Shown here: one piece after another, positions 38,213 through 47,561 of the stretch | Layout: each line of letters opens with the position of its first letter | How positions within the stretch are numbered: position 1 is the stretch's first letter | Source: Acidobacteriaceae bacterium | GTDB taxonomy: Bacteria > Acidobacteriota > Terriglobia > Terriglobales > Acidobacteriaceae | DNA: 52,864 nucleotides | Assembly (NCBI GenBank): GCA_036390355.1 | Contig: DASWCA010000016.1 | Coordinates: forward strand, 1-52,864 | Direction of reading: 5' to 3' | The notes under the pieces: model-generated | The model's database searches: none | What the model saw: only the letters and a program-made list of their open reading frames with translations | Told to the model about the DNA's origin: nothing | Translations under genes and position numbers: made by a program

Positions 38213-39715
38213 CTATCGACTCTCTGCCGGGCGCGGGGCGATCGGTCCTTTGCTATTTGGCGGATCCATGGGGTTGAACTTCTTCGCCAGCTCCGGCGTT
38301 GAGACCACATCCTCTGCCGGAGGATTGACCGCCTTCTCCGTCTCCGCGCCGAAGACGTAGCTTGGACCGAACATGTTGCTAGTAAAGATCACCACCTTTT
38401 TATCCGGAGAGAAGCGCACATTCGGCTCCTCGCGGTAGTAGTGGTGCGACATGTTGACGAGGCGCTCGGAGTGGAAGACGCCGGGCTGCCAGAAGGTCGG
38501 CTCGTTGAGTGCGCCTGGACCGGCGGGGAAGAGCTGCGGATGGAACAGCTCGATCCACTCGCCATCCTTCGCCCGGGCAACCTGGCCGGGGTCGCCGCCG
38601 TCGCCGGTGAACATGTCGAGGTCCTTGGTCAGGTTGAAGTGAATCGACCACTCATCGCGCTGCATGTGATATGCGGTGCGCTTGCCTGTCTTCAGGTTGT
38701 AGCCGGCGAGGTAGAAGTCTTCGCCTTTGGGCGGTTGCCAGTCATACCAGATGGTCTCCCCGTCCAGACCCCAGAACTCGTGTCCCGCGATTTCGTTCAG
38801 CATCGTGCGCTTGTGGATGAGGGTGTTGCCGGTGCCGTCGGTATGGATCATCCAGATTCGGTCGACCTTCTGCCATGGACCTTCGTGGCAGTACATCAGA
38901 AGTTGCGGATCGCTGGGCGAGAAGAGAAGGTGGTTGACCCAGTCGGTGGAGTGCAGCAGTGTAGTCTCCGCTCCGGGCTTCTCGCCATTCGGTCCAGGCT
39001 CCAGACGGATGGTGAACAGCACGAGCGGCAAGCGGGCAGCGAGACGCGCCTCCATCATCGCGCCCTTGTTGGTCGGCTGATAGTGCGGCCCCTGCACTGC
39101 GTTGGCGACTTTGTTGTCCGCTGCGCCAGCGGGCTGTGCGGGTGCGGGCACATTCGATCCGTACTCTTTCCCGGTCGCGTCGCCTTCGATGTACGTTCCT
39201 GCGACCAGAGTCTCGTCTGCGTTGACGCTGACAATGTTCCTCTTGGCGGGCAGGTCTACGAGCTTGCGAATCGCTCCGGTATTGGTGTCCGACTTGTAAA
39301 CCGCAGTTACGCCGACCTCATCCGTCTTCGTGAAAAACACGCTGTTCGTCTTATGTCCCACAACCAGCGCATGGACCATTCCCGCGCCTCGGCCTGGCCC
39401 ACCTTCCGAACGCGGCTGGACACCTTCCGCGTGCGGCGGATTCGGCACCAGCAGTTTCGTCTGACGCGTGGCGAGGTCCATCACGTGGATGCCATCCGGC
39501 GCTGTATAGATCATCTGCTTGTTATCCGGCGTATACGCGTTGACGTTGAAGTAGAAGCCGCCGGAGTTCACCTCGTCGCTCAACCTCCAGACACGATGAC
39601 CTGTATCCTTATCCACCCAACTGCGCGGAGGCATCGGGCCACCCGGCGTGGTCTGCGCGATGCAGGTGAGTGGAAGCATGACGAGGGCGAGGGCGATAAC
39701 GCGGGAAGGACGCAT
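38213..39715 (-). CDS. Oligogalacturonate lyase family (PL22) protein
   Basis: DKDTGHRVWRLS, FYFNVNAYTPD, WVNHLLFSP, YCHEGPW and GHEFW. GGAGAG RBS and signal peptide. Confidence 0.85.
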   Translation of the reverse strand: MRPSRVIALALVMLPLTCIAQTTPGGPMPPRSWVDKDTGHRVWRLSDEVNSGGFYFNVNAYTPDNKQMIYTAPDGIHVMDLATRQTKLLVPNPPHAEGVQPRSEGGPGRGAGMVHALVVGHKTNSVFFTKTDEVGVTAVYKSDTNTGAIRKLVDLPAKRNIVSVNADETLVAGTYIEGDATGKEYGSNVPAPAQPAGAADNKVANAVQGPHYQPTNKGAMMEARLAARLPLVLFTIRLEPGPNGEKPGAETTLLHSTDWVNHLLFSPSDPQLLMYCHEGPWQKVDRIWMIHTDGTGNTLIHKRTMLNEIAGHEFWGLDGETIWYDWQPPKGEDFYLAGYNLKTGKRTAYHMQRDEWSIHFNLTKDLDMFTGDGGDPGQVARAKDGEWIELFHPQLFPAGPGALNEPTFWQPGVFHSERLVNMSHHYYREEPNVRFSPDKKVVIFTSNMFGPSYVFGAETEKAVNPPAEDVVSTPELAKKFNPMDPPNSKGPIAPRPAESR

Positions 39716-39908
39716 AGAAATCTCTCCAGGGGACAGCCGCACTGAAAAAACAAGACGCGGCAGATCGTGAGCGAGACTCGCACGGCGGAGCGCGGAGAAG
39801 ACCGCGGTGAGAATCGCAGGAGAGTTATACACTGTCGATGGTTCAGTTGGGAAATAGTTTCGGTTGAGAAATTATTAAGGAGATCTGATTTACCAGAGGA
39901 CGTAAACG

Positions 39909-39947
39909 GCAAGGCCGGTGCGGGATGGGTTCCGCAGCCGGCCTTGC
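39909..39947 (-). terminator. Stem-loop downstream of the 39977-40339 gene
   Basis: GCAAGGCCGG.TGCGG/CCGCA.CCGGCCTTGC long GC-rich stem. Confidence 0.5.
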
Positions 39948-39976
39948 GAACGTCTTTCCGTGACTAGGGCTACTGA

Positions 39977-40339
39977 TTACCGGCGATAGTAGTCGTCCCG
40001 ATCAAAGTGATGCGCACGCTCCCACTGTTCATGTTCCCACTGCTCGTGCCGGAGATAGGCTTGGCGGCGCTCGAAGGCTTCTCGTGCCTCATGCTCGCGG
40101 AACGCTTCGCTGCGGCGATAGTCGTCACGGTCATAGTAGCGGCGGCCATCGCGATCATAGTAGCGGTACCCATCGCGGTCGTATGCGTAGGTTGTAACGT
40201 ACGCGGGATGACCGAACTGGACGCCAACTGCGAATTGCTGGGCCTGTGCCGTTGCGGAACTTGCTGCCACGAATGCGCCTGCTGCGAGGCCAACCATCAT
40301 CAACTTTGCAACCATACCTTTTACATTTGCGATTTTCAT
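39977..40339 (-). CDS. Hypothetical secreted Arg/Tyr/Asp/Glu-rich protein
   Basis: AGGAGG RBS before MKIANVKG, signal peptide, YDRDG and HEQWE repeats. Confidence 0.75.
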   Translation of the reverse strand: MKIANVKGMVAKLMMVGLAAGAFVAASSATAQAQQFAVGVQFGHPAYVTTYAYDRDGYRYYDRDGRRYYDRDDYRRSEAFREHEAREAFERRQAYLRHEQWEHEQWERAHHFDRDDYYRR

Positions 40340-40463
40340 AACGGCCTCCTGACTACAGATGGGTAAACACGGGCTGGTTCGGTGGTGTTTCGCGCAACTT
40401 CTGCGCAGGAGCGGGTTGCGAGGAAGACTTGGCGTTGCGACGGAAAGCGCGTAGAAGGGACTG

Positions 40464-42092
40464 ATGAACATTCTGAAAGCAGAGGAGATGGCTGCGGCAG
40501 ACCGGCGGACGGCCGAGGAGTTCGGAGTACCCCTTGCGACACTGATGGAGAACGCGGGCGGCGCCGTTGCTCGATTTTGCTTACGGCGGTATTCAGCTGC
40601 GAAGCGCATCGTCGTTCTTTGCGGCAAGGGGAACAATGGCGGAGACGGAATGGTTGCGGCTCGCCTGCTTTCACAGGCAGGCATCGGTGTGCAAGTGCTG
40701 CTGCTCGGACCCGACGACGAGGTAAAGGGTGACGCTGCTGGAGCGCTGAAGCGACTGCGTACCGAGGCTCCCACTGTGACCGTGCGGCCGGTAGTCGACG
40801 ATGCGGGACTCGCCGCAGAGAACGAGAGGATTGCCGGTGCAGAGTTACTAATTGATGCGGTGGTCGGGACGGGGTTCAAGCCGCCCCTTCGAGGCCTGGC
40901 TGCTGTCTTGCGCAATTTGGCGGCGGCGTCGGATGCTCCCGTGGTCGCGGTCGATCTGCCCAGTGGCTGGGATTCTGACTCGATGGAGCAGACCGTTGAG
41001 GGCGCCTATCGAGCAGATGCGGTGGTGACGTTTACCGCGCCGAAGATGGCGCATGTGTTCGGCCACCTGACTGCCTCAAGCAAAACCGGCGGGACATTTG
41101 GCCCGGTGGTGGTGGCGTCGATTGGATCTCCTTCAGATGCTGTCGCTTCGGCGAGCGGCTTGAGTTGGGCTGGAGACTCGAAGGCGATCGCCGAACAGCC
41201 GCGCGAGATTAATGCGAACAAGGGAAAGTATGGCCATGTATTGGTCGTCGGCGGAAGTTATGGGACGGCAGGCGCGCCGTCGATGGCGTCTCTCGCGGCG
41301 CTGCGGACGGGTGCGGGGCTGGTGACGGCAGCGGTGCCGTCAAGCATCGTGGATATTGTCGCCGGAGTCGCTCCGGAACTCATGCTCGCTCCGTTGCGCG
41401 AGGGGACAGATGGCTCGTTATCGCCTGAGAATCTCGGTCCCGACGGCCTCGACGCGGTGATCAAGCAGAAGAGGATCAGCGTCGTTGCGCTTGGTCCGGG
41501 ACTTTCAACGCGCGGAGATGTCAGCGCATTTGCACGTGAACTCATCGCCAAGACGAAGTTGCCGCTGGTGGTCGACGCGGACGCTCTGAACGCGTTTGAT
41601 GGTAGGGCAGAATTGCTGAACGGCGAAGGACGTGTGCTCGTGCTGACACCGCATCCGGGAGAGATGGCGCGACTGACTGGCTTGACCGTAAAGGAGGTCG
41701 AGGCGGACCGGATTGGCCTCGCGCGCAGGTTTGCGACAGAGCACAAGCTGACGCTGGTGCTGAAGGGATGGAGGACTCTCGTCGCGCATCCAGATGGGCG
41801 CGTTGCGGTGAATACAAGCGGCAATCCGGCGATGGCGAAGGGCGGCAGCGGCGACATTCTGACGGGGATCGTCGCGGCGATGCTGGCGCAGTTTCCGGCC
41901 GACGTCGCGCGTGCGGTTGAGGCAGCGGTCTACCTGCATGGACTTGCCGCGGACTTTGCGGCGCATGCGATGGACGAGCATACAGTCCTTGCGACCGACA
42001 CGGTGACACATCTGTCGGACGCCTTTCGCTATCGTGCGAAGGACGCGGATGGACTTACCTGGATTTGTGGGTTGAACGGCGAGGGTCGATGA
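40464..42092 (+). CDS. nnr: Bifunctional NAD(P)HX epimerase/dehydratase (NnrE-NnrD)
   Basis: LMENAG, GKGNNGGDG, DAVVGTG, NKGKYGH, VVDADALN, LTPHPGE and GGSGDIL. Confidence 0.95.
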   Translation: MNILKAEEMAAADRRTAEEFGVPLATLMENAGGAVARFCLRRYSAAKRIVVLCGKGNNGGDGMVAARLLSQAGIGVQVLLLGPDDEVKGDAAGALKRLRTEAPTVTVRPVVDDAGLAAENERIAGAELLIDAVVGTGFKPPLRGLAAVLRNLAAASDAPVVAVDLPSGWDSDSMEQTVEGAYRADAVVTFTAPKMAHVFGHLTASSKTGGTFGPVVVASIGSPSDAVASASGLSWAGDSKAIAEQPREINANKGKYGHVLVVGGSYGTAGAPSMASLAALRTGAGLVTAAVPSSIVDIVAGVAPELMLAPLREGTDGSLSPENLGPDGLDAVIKQKRISVVALGPGLSTRGDVSAFARELIAKTKLPLVVDADALNAFDGRAELLNGEGRVLVLTPHPGEMARLTGLTVKEVEADRIGLARRFATEHKLTLVLKGWRTLVAHPDGRVAVNTSGNPAMAKGGSGDILTGIVAAMLAQFPADVARAVEAAVYLHGLAADFAAHAMDEHTVLATDTVTHLSDAFRYRAKDADGLTWICGLNGEGR

Positions 42093-42526
42093 GAGAGAGA
42101 AGGTTCAGGACGAGGTCGGTCGAGGGAACGCTCGCATTGGGCGAGCGAATCACGGAGATGCTGCAACCGCCGATGGTGGTGATCCTGCGCGGCGAAGTCG
42201 GTGCAGGCAAGACGACGCTGGTGAAGGGCATCGCTGCGGCTTTGGGAGCCGCGGCGGAGGACGAGGTGACGAGTCCAACGTTCACCATCGTCCACGAATA
42301 TGTGGGAACGAAGGTTAGGCTGTTTCATCTCGATCTCTATCGCTTGGAGACAGAAGAGCAGATTGCGGTTCTCGGCCTCGATGAAATGGCTGGATATGAG
42401 AACTCGCTTGTGCTGGTGGAATGGGGTGAGCGATTTGAGAGCGTAGTGAAGATGGCTGCAGGCGAGATTTACATGGAGCACGGCGAAGGCGACGAGCGCG
42501 GGCTGATTGTGCGGTTGAAAAACTAG
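42089..42526 (+). CDS. tsaE: tRNA t6A biosynthesis ATPase TsaE
   Basis: GEVGAGKTT, VTSPTF, HLDLYRL and VEW. Follows nnr, as is common. Confidence 0.95.
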   Translation: MRERRFRTRSVEGTLALGERITEMLQPPMVVILRGEVGAGKTTLVKGIAAALGAAAEDEVTSPTFTIVHEYVGTKVRLFHLDLYRLETEEQIAVLGLDEMAGYENSLVLVEWGERFESVVKMAAGEIYMEHGEGDERGLIVRLKN

Positions 42527-43353
42527 GCTGCGGGAGTGAAAATGGGGCCTTTGGCGCGGCCGGTGTAGCGGTAGATGGCGCATTCTTCGTCGCCGGTAGA
42601 GCCGTATTCTCTCTGGCGGGCGATGGCTTCGAGGTCAGCCGCGTGATCCGCGGGGGACATGCGCACGTTGTCGAGAAAGAGTTGCGTGAAGGCTGGGTTG
42701 CGGTCGAGGACATTCGCGCACTCAGCGTTGACGTAGATCAGGTCGAGCATATTCGGGCGCTTGGCAAACTGCGTCTCGATGTTGCGGAGAAGCTGCTTGA
42801 GCACGGGCGCCTCGAACGGGTGGAAGAGGAAGAGGAGAGTGGGTGTCGTGGGAAGGTCGAAGTCGAGCGCATCCTGCTCGAGCACTTCGATGGGTGCGAG
42901 GCGCGGGGCGGTGAAGTCGGCCTCATGAGTCTGGGTCCAGTGGGCTACGTTCTCGCGCGCGATGGCGGCCATCGAGGGGTTCAGCTCGATGCCAATGACT
43001 TTGCGGAAGTGGTACTCGCTGGCGACGAGCAGGCCGCGGCCTTTACCTGCGCCAATGTCGATGAAGGTGTAGCGGGAGATCGGGTGCGGCGGAATCGTCT
43101 CGCGCCACTGATCGATGAGGGTGCGCAGGATGCTGGGTGCGACGCCGTAGTAGGCGGTGACGTGCTCGTCGTTCGCGTGGCCGGTGACGAGGTGTTTCGC
43201 GGGAACGAGGCCGGAAGTATCGACTCCGTGCATCTGATCGAAGGGGTGAATCGGGAACTCGGTGAGCTTGAGCAGATCGCGCGGGCGCGTGGATTTGGGC
43301 GCGACGCTAAGCATGGGTTTTGCCGGGGTTGGTTTGGATTTGGATGAGGGCAT
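42523..43353 (-). CDS. Class I SAM-dependent methyltransferase
   Basis: FIDIGAGKGR motif I, GIELNP, QDALDF and FLFHPF. Start uncertain. Confidence 0.85.
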   Translation of the reverse strand: MPSSKSKPTPAKPMLSVAPKSTRPRDLLKLTEFPIHPFDQMHGVDTSGLVPAKHLVTGHANDEHVTAYYGVAPSILRTLIDQWRETIPPHPISRYTFIDIGAGKGRGLLVASEYHFRKVIGIELNPSMAAIARENVAHWTQTHEADFTAPRLAPIEVLEQDALDFDLPTTPTLLFLFHPFEAPVLKQLLRNIETQFAKRPNMLDLIYVNAECANVLDRNPAFTQLFLDNVRMSPADHAADLEAIARQREYGSTGDEECAIYRYTGRAKGPIFTPAA

Positions 43354-43726
43354 TTTTTGGTTGATTGGATGCTACAGCAAGGCTAAGGCGCGTGCGGGCT
43401 TCGGCGGAGATGCGTTCGGGAGTCCAGCGTGGCTCGTCGACGACTTCGATGTGAGTGTGGCTGATGGTTTCGAAGGCGGCGAGGCGGCCCTCGATCTGGG
43501 CGACAATCTGCTGTTCGGCGGAATCGTTGGGCTCGGTGAGGGTGAGTGCGATGTGGACGCGGTGGCGCGGAGGGACGCCGGGAATTCCGGCGCCAGGCGC
43601 GTCGGGATCGGGCGCGATAGAGATGGCGTGGACGAGGCCGAGATCGACGATGCTGCATGCGATCTCGGGGTCATAGCAGTCGCGCAGGGCGGCCAGGATG
43701 TCGGTTTCGGTGAGAGTCGGGTTCAT
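43307..43726 (-). CDS. DUF59/SufT-like metal-sulfur cluster assembly factor
   Basis: LRDCYDPEIACSIVDLGLV and PRWTPERIS. Confidence 0.85.
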   Translation of the reverse strand: MNPTLTETDILAALRDCYDPEIACSIVDLGLVHAISIAPDPDAPGAGIPGVPPRHRVHIALTLTEPNDSAEQQIVAQIEGRLAAFETISHTHIEVVDEPRWTPERISAEARTRLSLAVASNQPKNALIQIQTNPGKTHA

Positions 43727-43751
43727 GCGCGGCCTGATTCGATGATAGCTT

Positions 43752-43799
43752 TCGAGGTTCGAGGTCTAAGGTTGAGGTCTAAGGTTCGAGATTCGAGTG
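43752..43799. repeat. Degenerate 7-bp tandem repeat (TCGAGGT/CTAAGGT), about 7 units
   Basis: tcgaggt tcgaggt ctaaggt tgaggt ctaaggt tcgagat tcgagtg. Confidence 0.7.
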
Positions 43800-43835
43800 T
43801 CAGATATGTCCCCGGTCTGTACCCGTCAGTGGGGT

Positions 43836-43951
43836 ACCCCCCCGGGGGGGTGGTCTTAAGTTGCTTGTTTACAATGATATGCCAAAATTGCTCCTCGCAA
43901 ATATTTGATTCCATGGGTGTTATAGGCAAATATTTCATTCGATTGTACTTA
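43836..43951. repeat. A-C7-G7-T palindrome followed by three AT-rich ~25-bp related sites
   Basis: Palindrome at 43836-43851. GCAAATATTTGATTCCAT (43897) and GCAAATATTTCATTCGAT (43926) are 29 nt apart. A third, weaker copy starts at 43857. Confidence 0.6.
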
Positions 43952-44176
43952 TCCTGAGAATCGTTAGAATAGAGGCCTTATGGTCGTGGTTTCCGACGGA
44001 AAGGGTTGGAAGTGCGGTAGTGGCAGGTCCGGCCTGAGTCACCCTCGGGCACGACGCTGGTTGTTATCTGATCCTTCTTTGATTATATCGTGCGTGTCAA
44101 GCAGCATTCAGCGGCGGTTTTTAGAATTGCACGCCCAAATTGGAAATGGACGATGTTGCAGCAGCGAAAATATATC

Positions 44177-44202
44177 CGTATAGCGTAGCGTTGCGGTATA
44201 CG
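44177..44202. promoter_or_regulatory. Probable HigA operator (imperfect palindrome)
   Basis: CGTATAGCGTA-GCGT-TGCGGTATACG with 9/11 complementary arms, ending 9 nt before higB. Confidence 0.55.
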
Positions 44203-44210
44203 ATGGTTGG

Positions 44211-44489
44211 GTGATCAAGAATTTCCGGCATAAAGGCATTCAGAAGTTCTTTGGGACGGGATCTAAGGCGGGGATTCAGCCGAAACATGCGAGCAGGTTG
44301 AAGCTCTTGCTAGCGCAGTTGAACATTTCGCAGACTCCCGCGGAGATGAATCTGGATGGCTGGGACTGGCATGCGTTGAAGGGCGACATGGCCGGACACT
44401 GGGCCGTGAGTGTGAACGGGAACTGGCGATTGACCTTCACATTCGAAGGTATAGATGCAGTGCTTGTCGACTACAAGGATTACCACTAA
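44211..44489 (+). CDS. higB: HigB (RelE/ParE family) toxin
   Basis: MIKNFRHKGI..., HALKGD, WAVSVNGNWRLTFTF and DYKDYH. Confidence 0.93.
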   Translation: MIKNFRHKGIQKFFGTGSKAGIQPKHASRLKLLLAQLNISQTPAEMNLDGWDWHALKGDMAGHWAVSVNGNWRLTFTFEGIDAVLVDYKDYH

Positions 44490-44498
44490 GGAGGAGCT

Positions 44499-44825
44499 AT
44501 GCAGATGTACGATCCGGCACATCCAGGCATGTTGATCAAGGACCAGATGGGCGATCGCTCCATTGCCGAGTTGGCAAAGCACCTGGGAGTTACTCGCGCC
44601 GCGCTTTCGCGGGTAATCAATGGAAAGGCCGCGGTTTCCGCGGGGATGGCGCTTCGGTTGGAGGGAGCCTTCGGGATCAAGGCTGATATATGGCTTCGCC
44701 TTCAGATTCAGCGGGATTTGTGGGTGGCTTCGCGGAAGAATAGCAAGAAAGTTGCGCCTGCGGGCGACGCCGGAGCAGCGGAAGGCCGCGTAAAGCTCGT
44801 CGGCCAGTGCCGGAGCGTGCGGTGA
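44499..44825 (+). CDS. higA: HigA antitoxin
   Basis: PAHPG, LAKHLGVTRAALSRVING, MALRL and WLRLQ. AGGAGG RBS. Confidence 0.92.
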   Translation: MQMYDPAHPGMLIKDQMGDRSIAELAKHLGVTRAALSRVINGKAAVSAGMALRLEGAFGIKADIWLRLQIQRDLWVASRKNSKKVAPAGDAGAAEGRVKLVGQCRSVR

Positions 44826-44853
44826 CTATGATGGTTGCCGTTAGGAGATCGTC

Positions 44854-45138
44854 ATGCGAATGTACAACCCGGCGCATCCGGGCATGCTGGTACGCGAGTT
44901 CATGGTTGGCCACAGCGTGACGAAGATTGCGAAGCATCTTCGCGTGGCACGGGGGACGCTTTCGCGGCTGATGCAAGGCAAGACGCGGGTGAAGGCAGAG
45001 ATGGCCTTGCGGCTGTCGGAGGCGTTTGGGCTGGATGCCGCTGTATGGATGGAGTTGCAGGCGGGGCGGGACCTTTGGGTGGCATCGCGGACGAGGCGGA
45101 AGAAGGTGAAGAGGCTGATGGTGGACCAGCCAGCTTAG
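44854..45138 (+). CDS. higA: Second HigA-family antitoxin
   Basis: MYNPAHPG, IAKHLRVARGTLSRLMQG, MALRL and WMELQ..DLW. AGGAG RBS. Confidence 0.88.
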   Translation: MRMYNPAHPGMLVREFMVGHSVTKIAKHLRVARGTLSRLMQGKTRVKAEMALRLSEAFGLDAAVWMELQAGRDLWVASRTRRKKVKRLMVDQPA

Positions 45139-45391
45139 TTGTGGTTCGAAAGACAGGTCATTCCGCGCTACGCGCTCCATTCCGGCCTTCGGCAGAGCGG
45201 AAGCTGCTGGCGCGGCGGCTGGTTTCTGGCACGCGTGAACGCGTGCCCTTCCGAGTCCAATGATCAGTAATGGCGGCGACCTCTTTGAAATGGATCGCTT
45301 CCGACAAGCCGACTTTATCGGTATCGATGCTTGATTGGAATGACAAACCTCAACTTTACAATTATTGGGGCTGGAGCTCTTCAACGGCAGA

Positions 45392-46000
45392 TCATGTACA
45401 CAAGCTGCGCACGACGGTGGGTGAACCGTGCCTTGTCCAATGAAGCGCTTGCCATCCCGCCTTTAGCGCGGCCTCAATGTTTTGGCGGCTATCGTCGATG
45501 AGCAATATCTCTTCGCCGCACAGCCCCACCGCTGCTTGAATCTTCGCGAAGAATTCAATATCAGGTTTCTTTGCTCCAAGGCGTGCGGAATAGAAGATAC
45601 CATCTACATGTTCTGCCAAACCTAGTTCTTCCATGAGATAGGTAGCTCTCAAGTGTTCTTGATTGGTCGCCAAATACACACGAATTCCCATGGAGCGAGC
45701 CAACGAAAGTTCCTCCAGCAAAGGGGCGACGAGACGCGAATCCTTTTCGAACCAATAAGAGACAAACTGAGCCGGACTTACATGTGGAGCGATCTTCTGG
45801 AGTGCAGTCGTCAAATGTTCCATCAATCCAGCGCGACCGAGGACGATGTTCTCCCAGTAAGGAGCAAAGAACTGTTCACGAAGGGTGTCAGAAGTGAATC
45901 CAAGATCCTCTTCAATGGATGTGTGCCAGTGACGCCCGTCTTCTGGCCGCCCGTCGATTAGAACGCCATCCACATCTACCATCAGCGCTTTGATAGCCAA
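45392..46000 (-). CDS. HAD-superfamily hydrolase
   Basis: DVDGVL, LATNQ, KKPD and IDDS motifs. Confidence 0.9.
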   Translation of the reverse strand: MAIKALMVDVDGVLIDGRPEDGRHWHTSIEEDLGFTSDTLREQFFAPYWENIVLGRAGLMEHLTTALQKIAPHVSPAQFVSYWFEKDSRLVAPLLEELSLARSMGIRVYLATNQEHLRATYLMEELGLAEHVDGIFYSARLGAKKPDIEFFAKIQAAVGLCGEEILLIDDSRQNIEAALKAGWQALHWTRHGSPTVVRSLCT

Positions 46001-46102
46001 CCCTCTCCCTCATTTAGATACCAGTGCTCGTTTTCGACAGTCCGCTATGCTCCCAAGCGTGATAATTGCGCTTGCCTTACGTAAACAGCCTGCTCCAATT
46101 CC

Positions 46103-47458
46103 TTACACGCCGAGTTCGGTGCGGATGGCGTTGGCAATGGTTTGGGCGTGGTGGTGCATGAGGGGCTCGGATTCGGCTTCGATCATGACGCGGGCCAGGG
46201 CTTCGGTGCCGGAGTAGCGGATGACGACGCGGCCGGTGTCGGCGAGGGCTAGTTCGGCGGCGGCGATGGCGGCGGCCACAGCGGGGATCTGGTCGAGTGG
46301 ACGCTTTTCGCGGACGTGCACGTTGACGATGACCTGGGGGAAGGTCTTGAGGTCGGCTGTGAGTTGGGCGAGGGTCTCCCCCGCGCGGTGGACAATGTCG
46401 AGCAGAAGGAGCGCGGTGAGCAGGCCGTCGCCGGTGGTGGAGCGGCCGGAGAAGATGATGTGGCCGGACTGTTCTCCGCCGAGGGCTGCGCCGGTGGCGA
46501 GCATCTGTTCGAGGACGTACTTGTCGCCGACCGGGGCGCGGAGCATCTTGATCTCTGAACGCTTGAGCGCGGCTTCGAGGCCCATGTTGGACATGGTGGT
46601 GGCGACGACGGTGGCGTTGGTGAGCAGACCGCGGGCGGTGAGGTCGCGGGCGGCGAGCAGGAGGACGGCGTCGCCGTTGACGACGGTGCCGTTCTCGTCG
46701 GCGAAGAGGGCGCGGTCGGCGTCGCCATCGAAGGTGATGCCCATGGAGGCTTTCTGCGCGACGACTTCGGCGGCGACGATGTCGGGGTGGAGGGCACCGC
46801 ATTTCTCGTTGATGTTTCGGCCATTGGGCGAAGAGTGGGTGAGGATGACTTCGCCTCCGCCGTTGGAGTTGAGTTCGGCAAAGAGTTGCGGCGCGATGGC
46901 GCTGGCGGCTCCATTGGCGCAGTCGACGACGATGCGGCGGCCGTCGAGTGAGAGGCAGGGGACGGCGGCGAGGAGGAAGCGGATGTATTCGGCGCGGTCG
47001 GCGTCGTTTACGGGAGGAGGGTTACTGGTTGTTGGTTGCTGGTTGCCAGTTGAAGATGCGAGGTGGCGGAAGATTTCGGCTTCGATGGCGAGTTCGGTGG
47101 CGTCGGGGAGTTTGAAGCCGTCAGGACCGAAGAGCTTGATGCCGTTGTCCTGCCAGGGATTGTGCGAGGCGGAGATGACGATGCCGGCGGCGAATTTATG
47201 CGCACGAGCGAGGAAGGCGACGGCGGGAGTAGTGATGACGCCGGCGCTCTCGACGGTGGCGCCGCCGGCTGTAAGGCCCGCGGTGAGCGTGGCGGCGATC
47301 CAGTCGGAGGATTCGCGTGTGTCCTGGCCGATGAGGACGCGAGGGGCGCTGCCGAGGTGATGTGCGAGAGCGAGCCCGACCGCGTGAATCGTAGGCGGAT
47401 CCAGCGGAGGCTGACAGGCGACTCCGCGGATGCCGTCCGTTCCAAACAATTTCTTCAT
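46103..47458 (-). CDS. glmM: Phosphoglucosamine mutase
   Basis: FGTDGIRG, ISASHNP, DGDADR, GGEQSGH and RYSGTE. Confidence 0.96.
   Translation of the reverse strand: MKKLFGTDGIRGVACQPPLDPPTIHAVGLALAHHLGSAPRVLIGQDTRESSDWIAATLTAGLTAGGATVESAGVITTPAVAFLARAHKFAAGIVISASHNPWQDNGIKLFGPDGFKLPDATELAIEAEIFRHLASSTGNQQPTTSNPPPVNDADRAEYIRFLLAAVPCLSLDGRRIVVDCANGAASAIAPQLFAELNSNGGGEVILTHSSPNGRNINEKCGALHPDIVAAEVVAQKASMGITFDGDADRALFADENGTVVNGDAVLLLAARDLTARGLLTNATVVATTMSNMGLEAALKRSEIKMLRAPVGDKYVLEQMLATGAALGGEQSGHIIFSGRSTTGDGLLTALLLLDIVHRAGETLAQLTADLKTFPQVIVNVHVREKRPLDQIPAVAAAIAAAELALADTGRVVIRYSGTEALARVMIEAESEPLMHHHAQTIANAIRTELGV
47020..47054. repeat. 7-bp tandem repeat inside glmM (GGTTGCT-like, 5 units)
   Basis: ggttact ggttgtt ggttgct ggttgcc agttgaa, encoding STGNQQPTTSN. 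Confidence 0.7.
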
Positions 47459-47463
47459 AGATA

Positions 47464-47561
47464 CAGGGTACTAGGTACTCGGTTCCAGGTACCAGGGGTG
47501 GATACGCGTCTTGGGCGTTGCAGAAATTTGTGGGGGCCCTGGAGCCTTGTAACTGGTAACT
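47464..47561. repeat. Two 7-bp tandem arrays in roughly inverted orientation between glmM and xseA
   Basis: cagggta ctaggta ctcggtt ccaggta ccagggg (47464-47498) and gggccct ggagcct tgtaact ggtaact (47534-47561). Confidence 0.6.

Noticed and set aside
38441-39745. 434-aa plus-strand ORF
   Set aside because: Antisense to the PL22 gene.
43897-43951. Possible mini-CRISPR
   Set aside because: Only two close copies with a 29-nt period, no spacer-length gaps and no cas genes.
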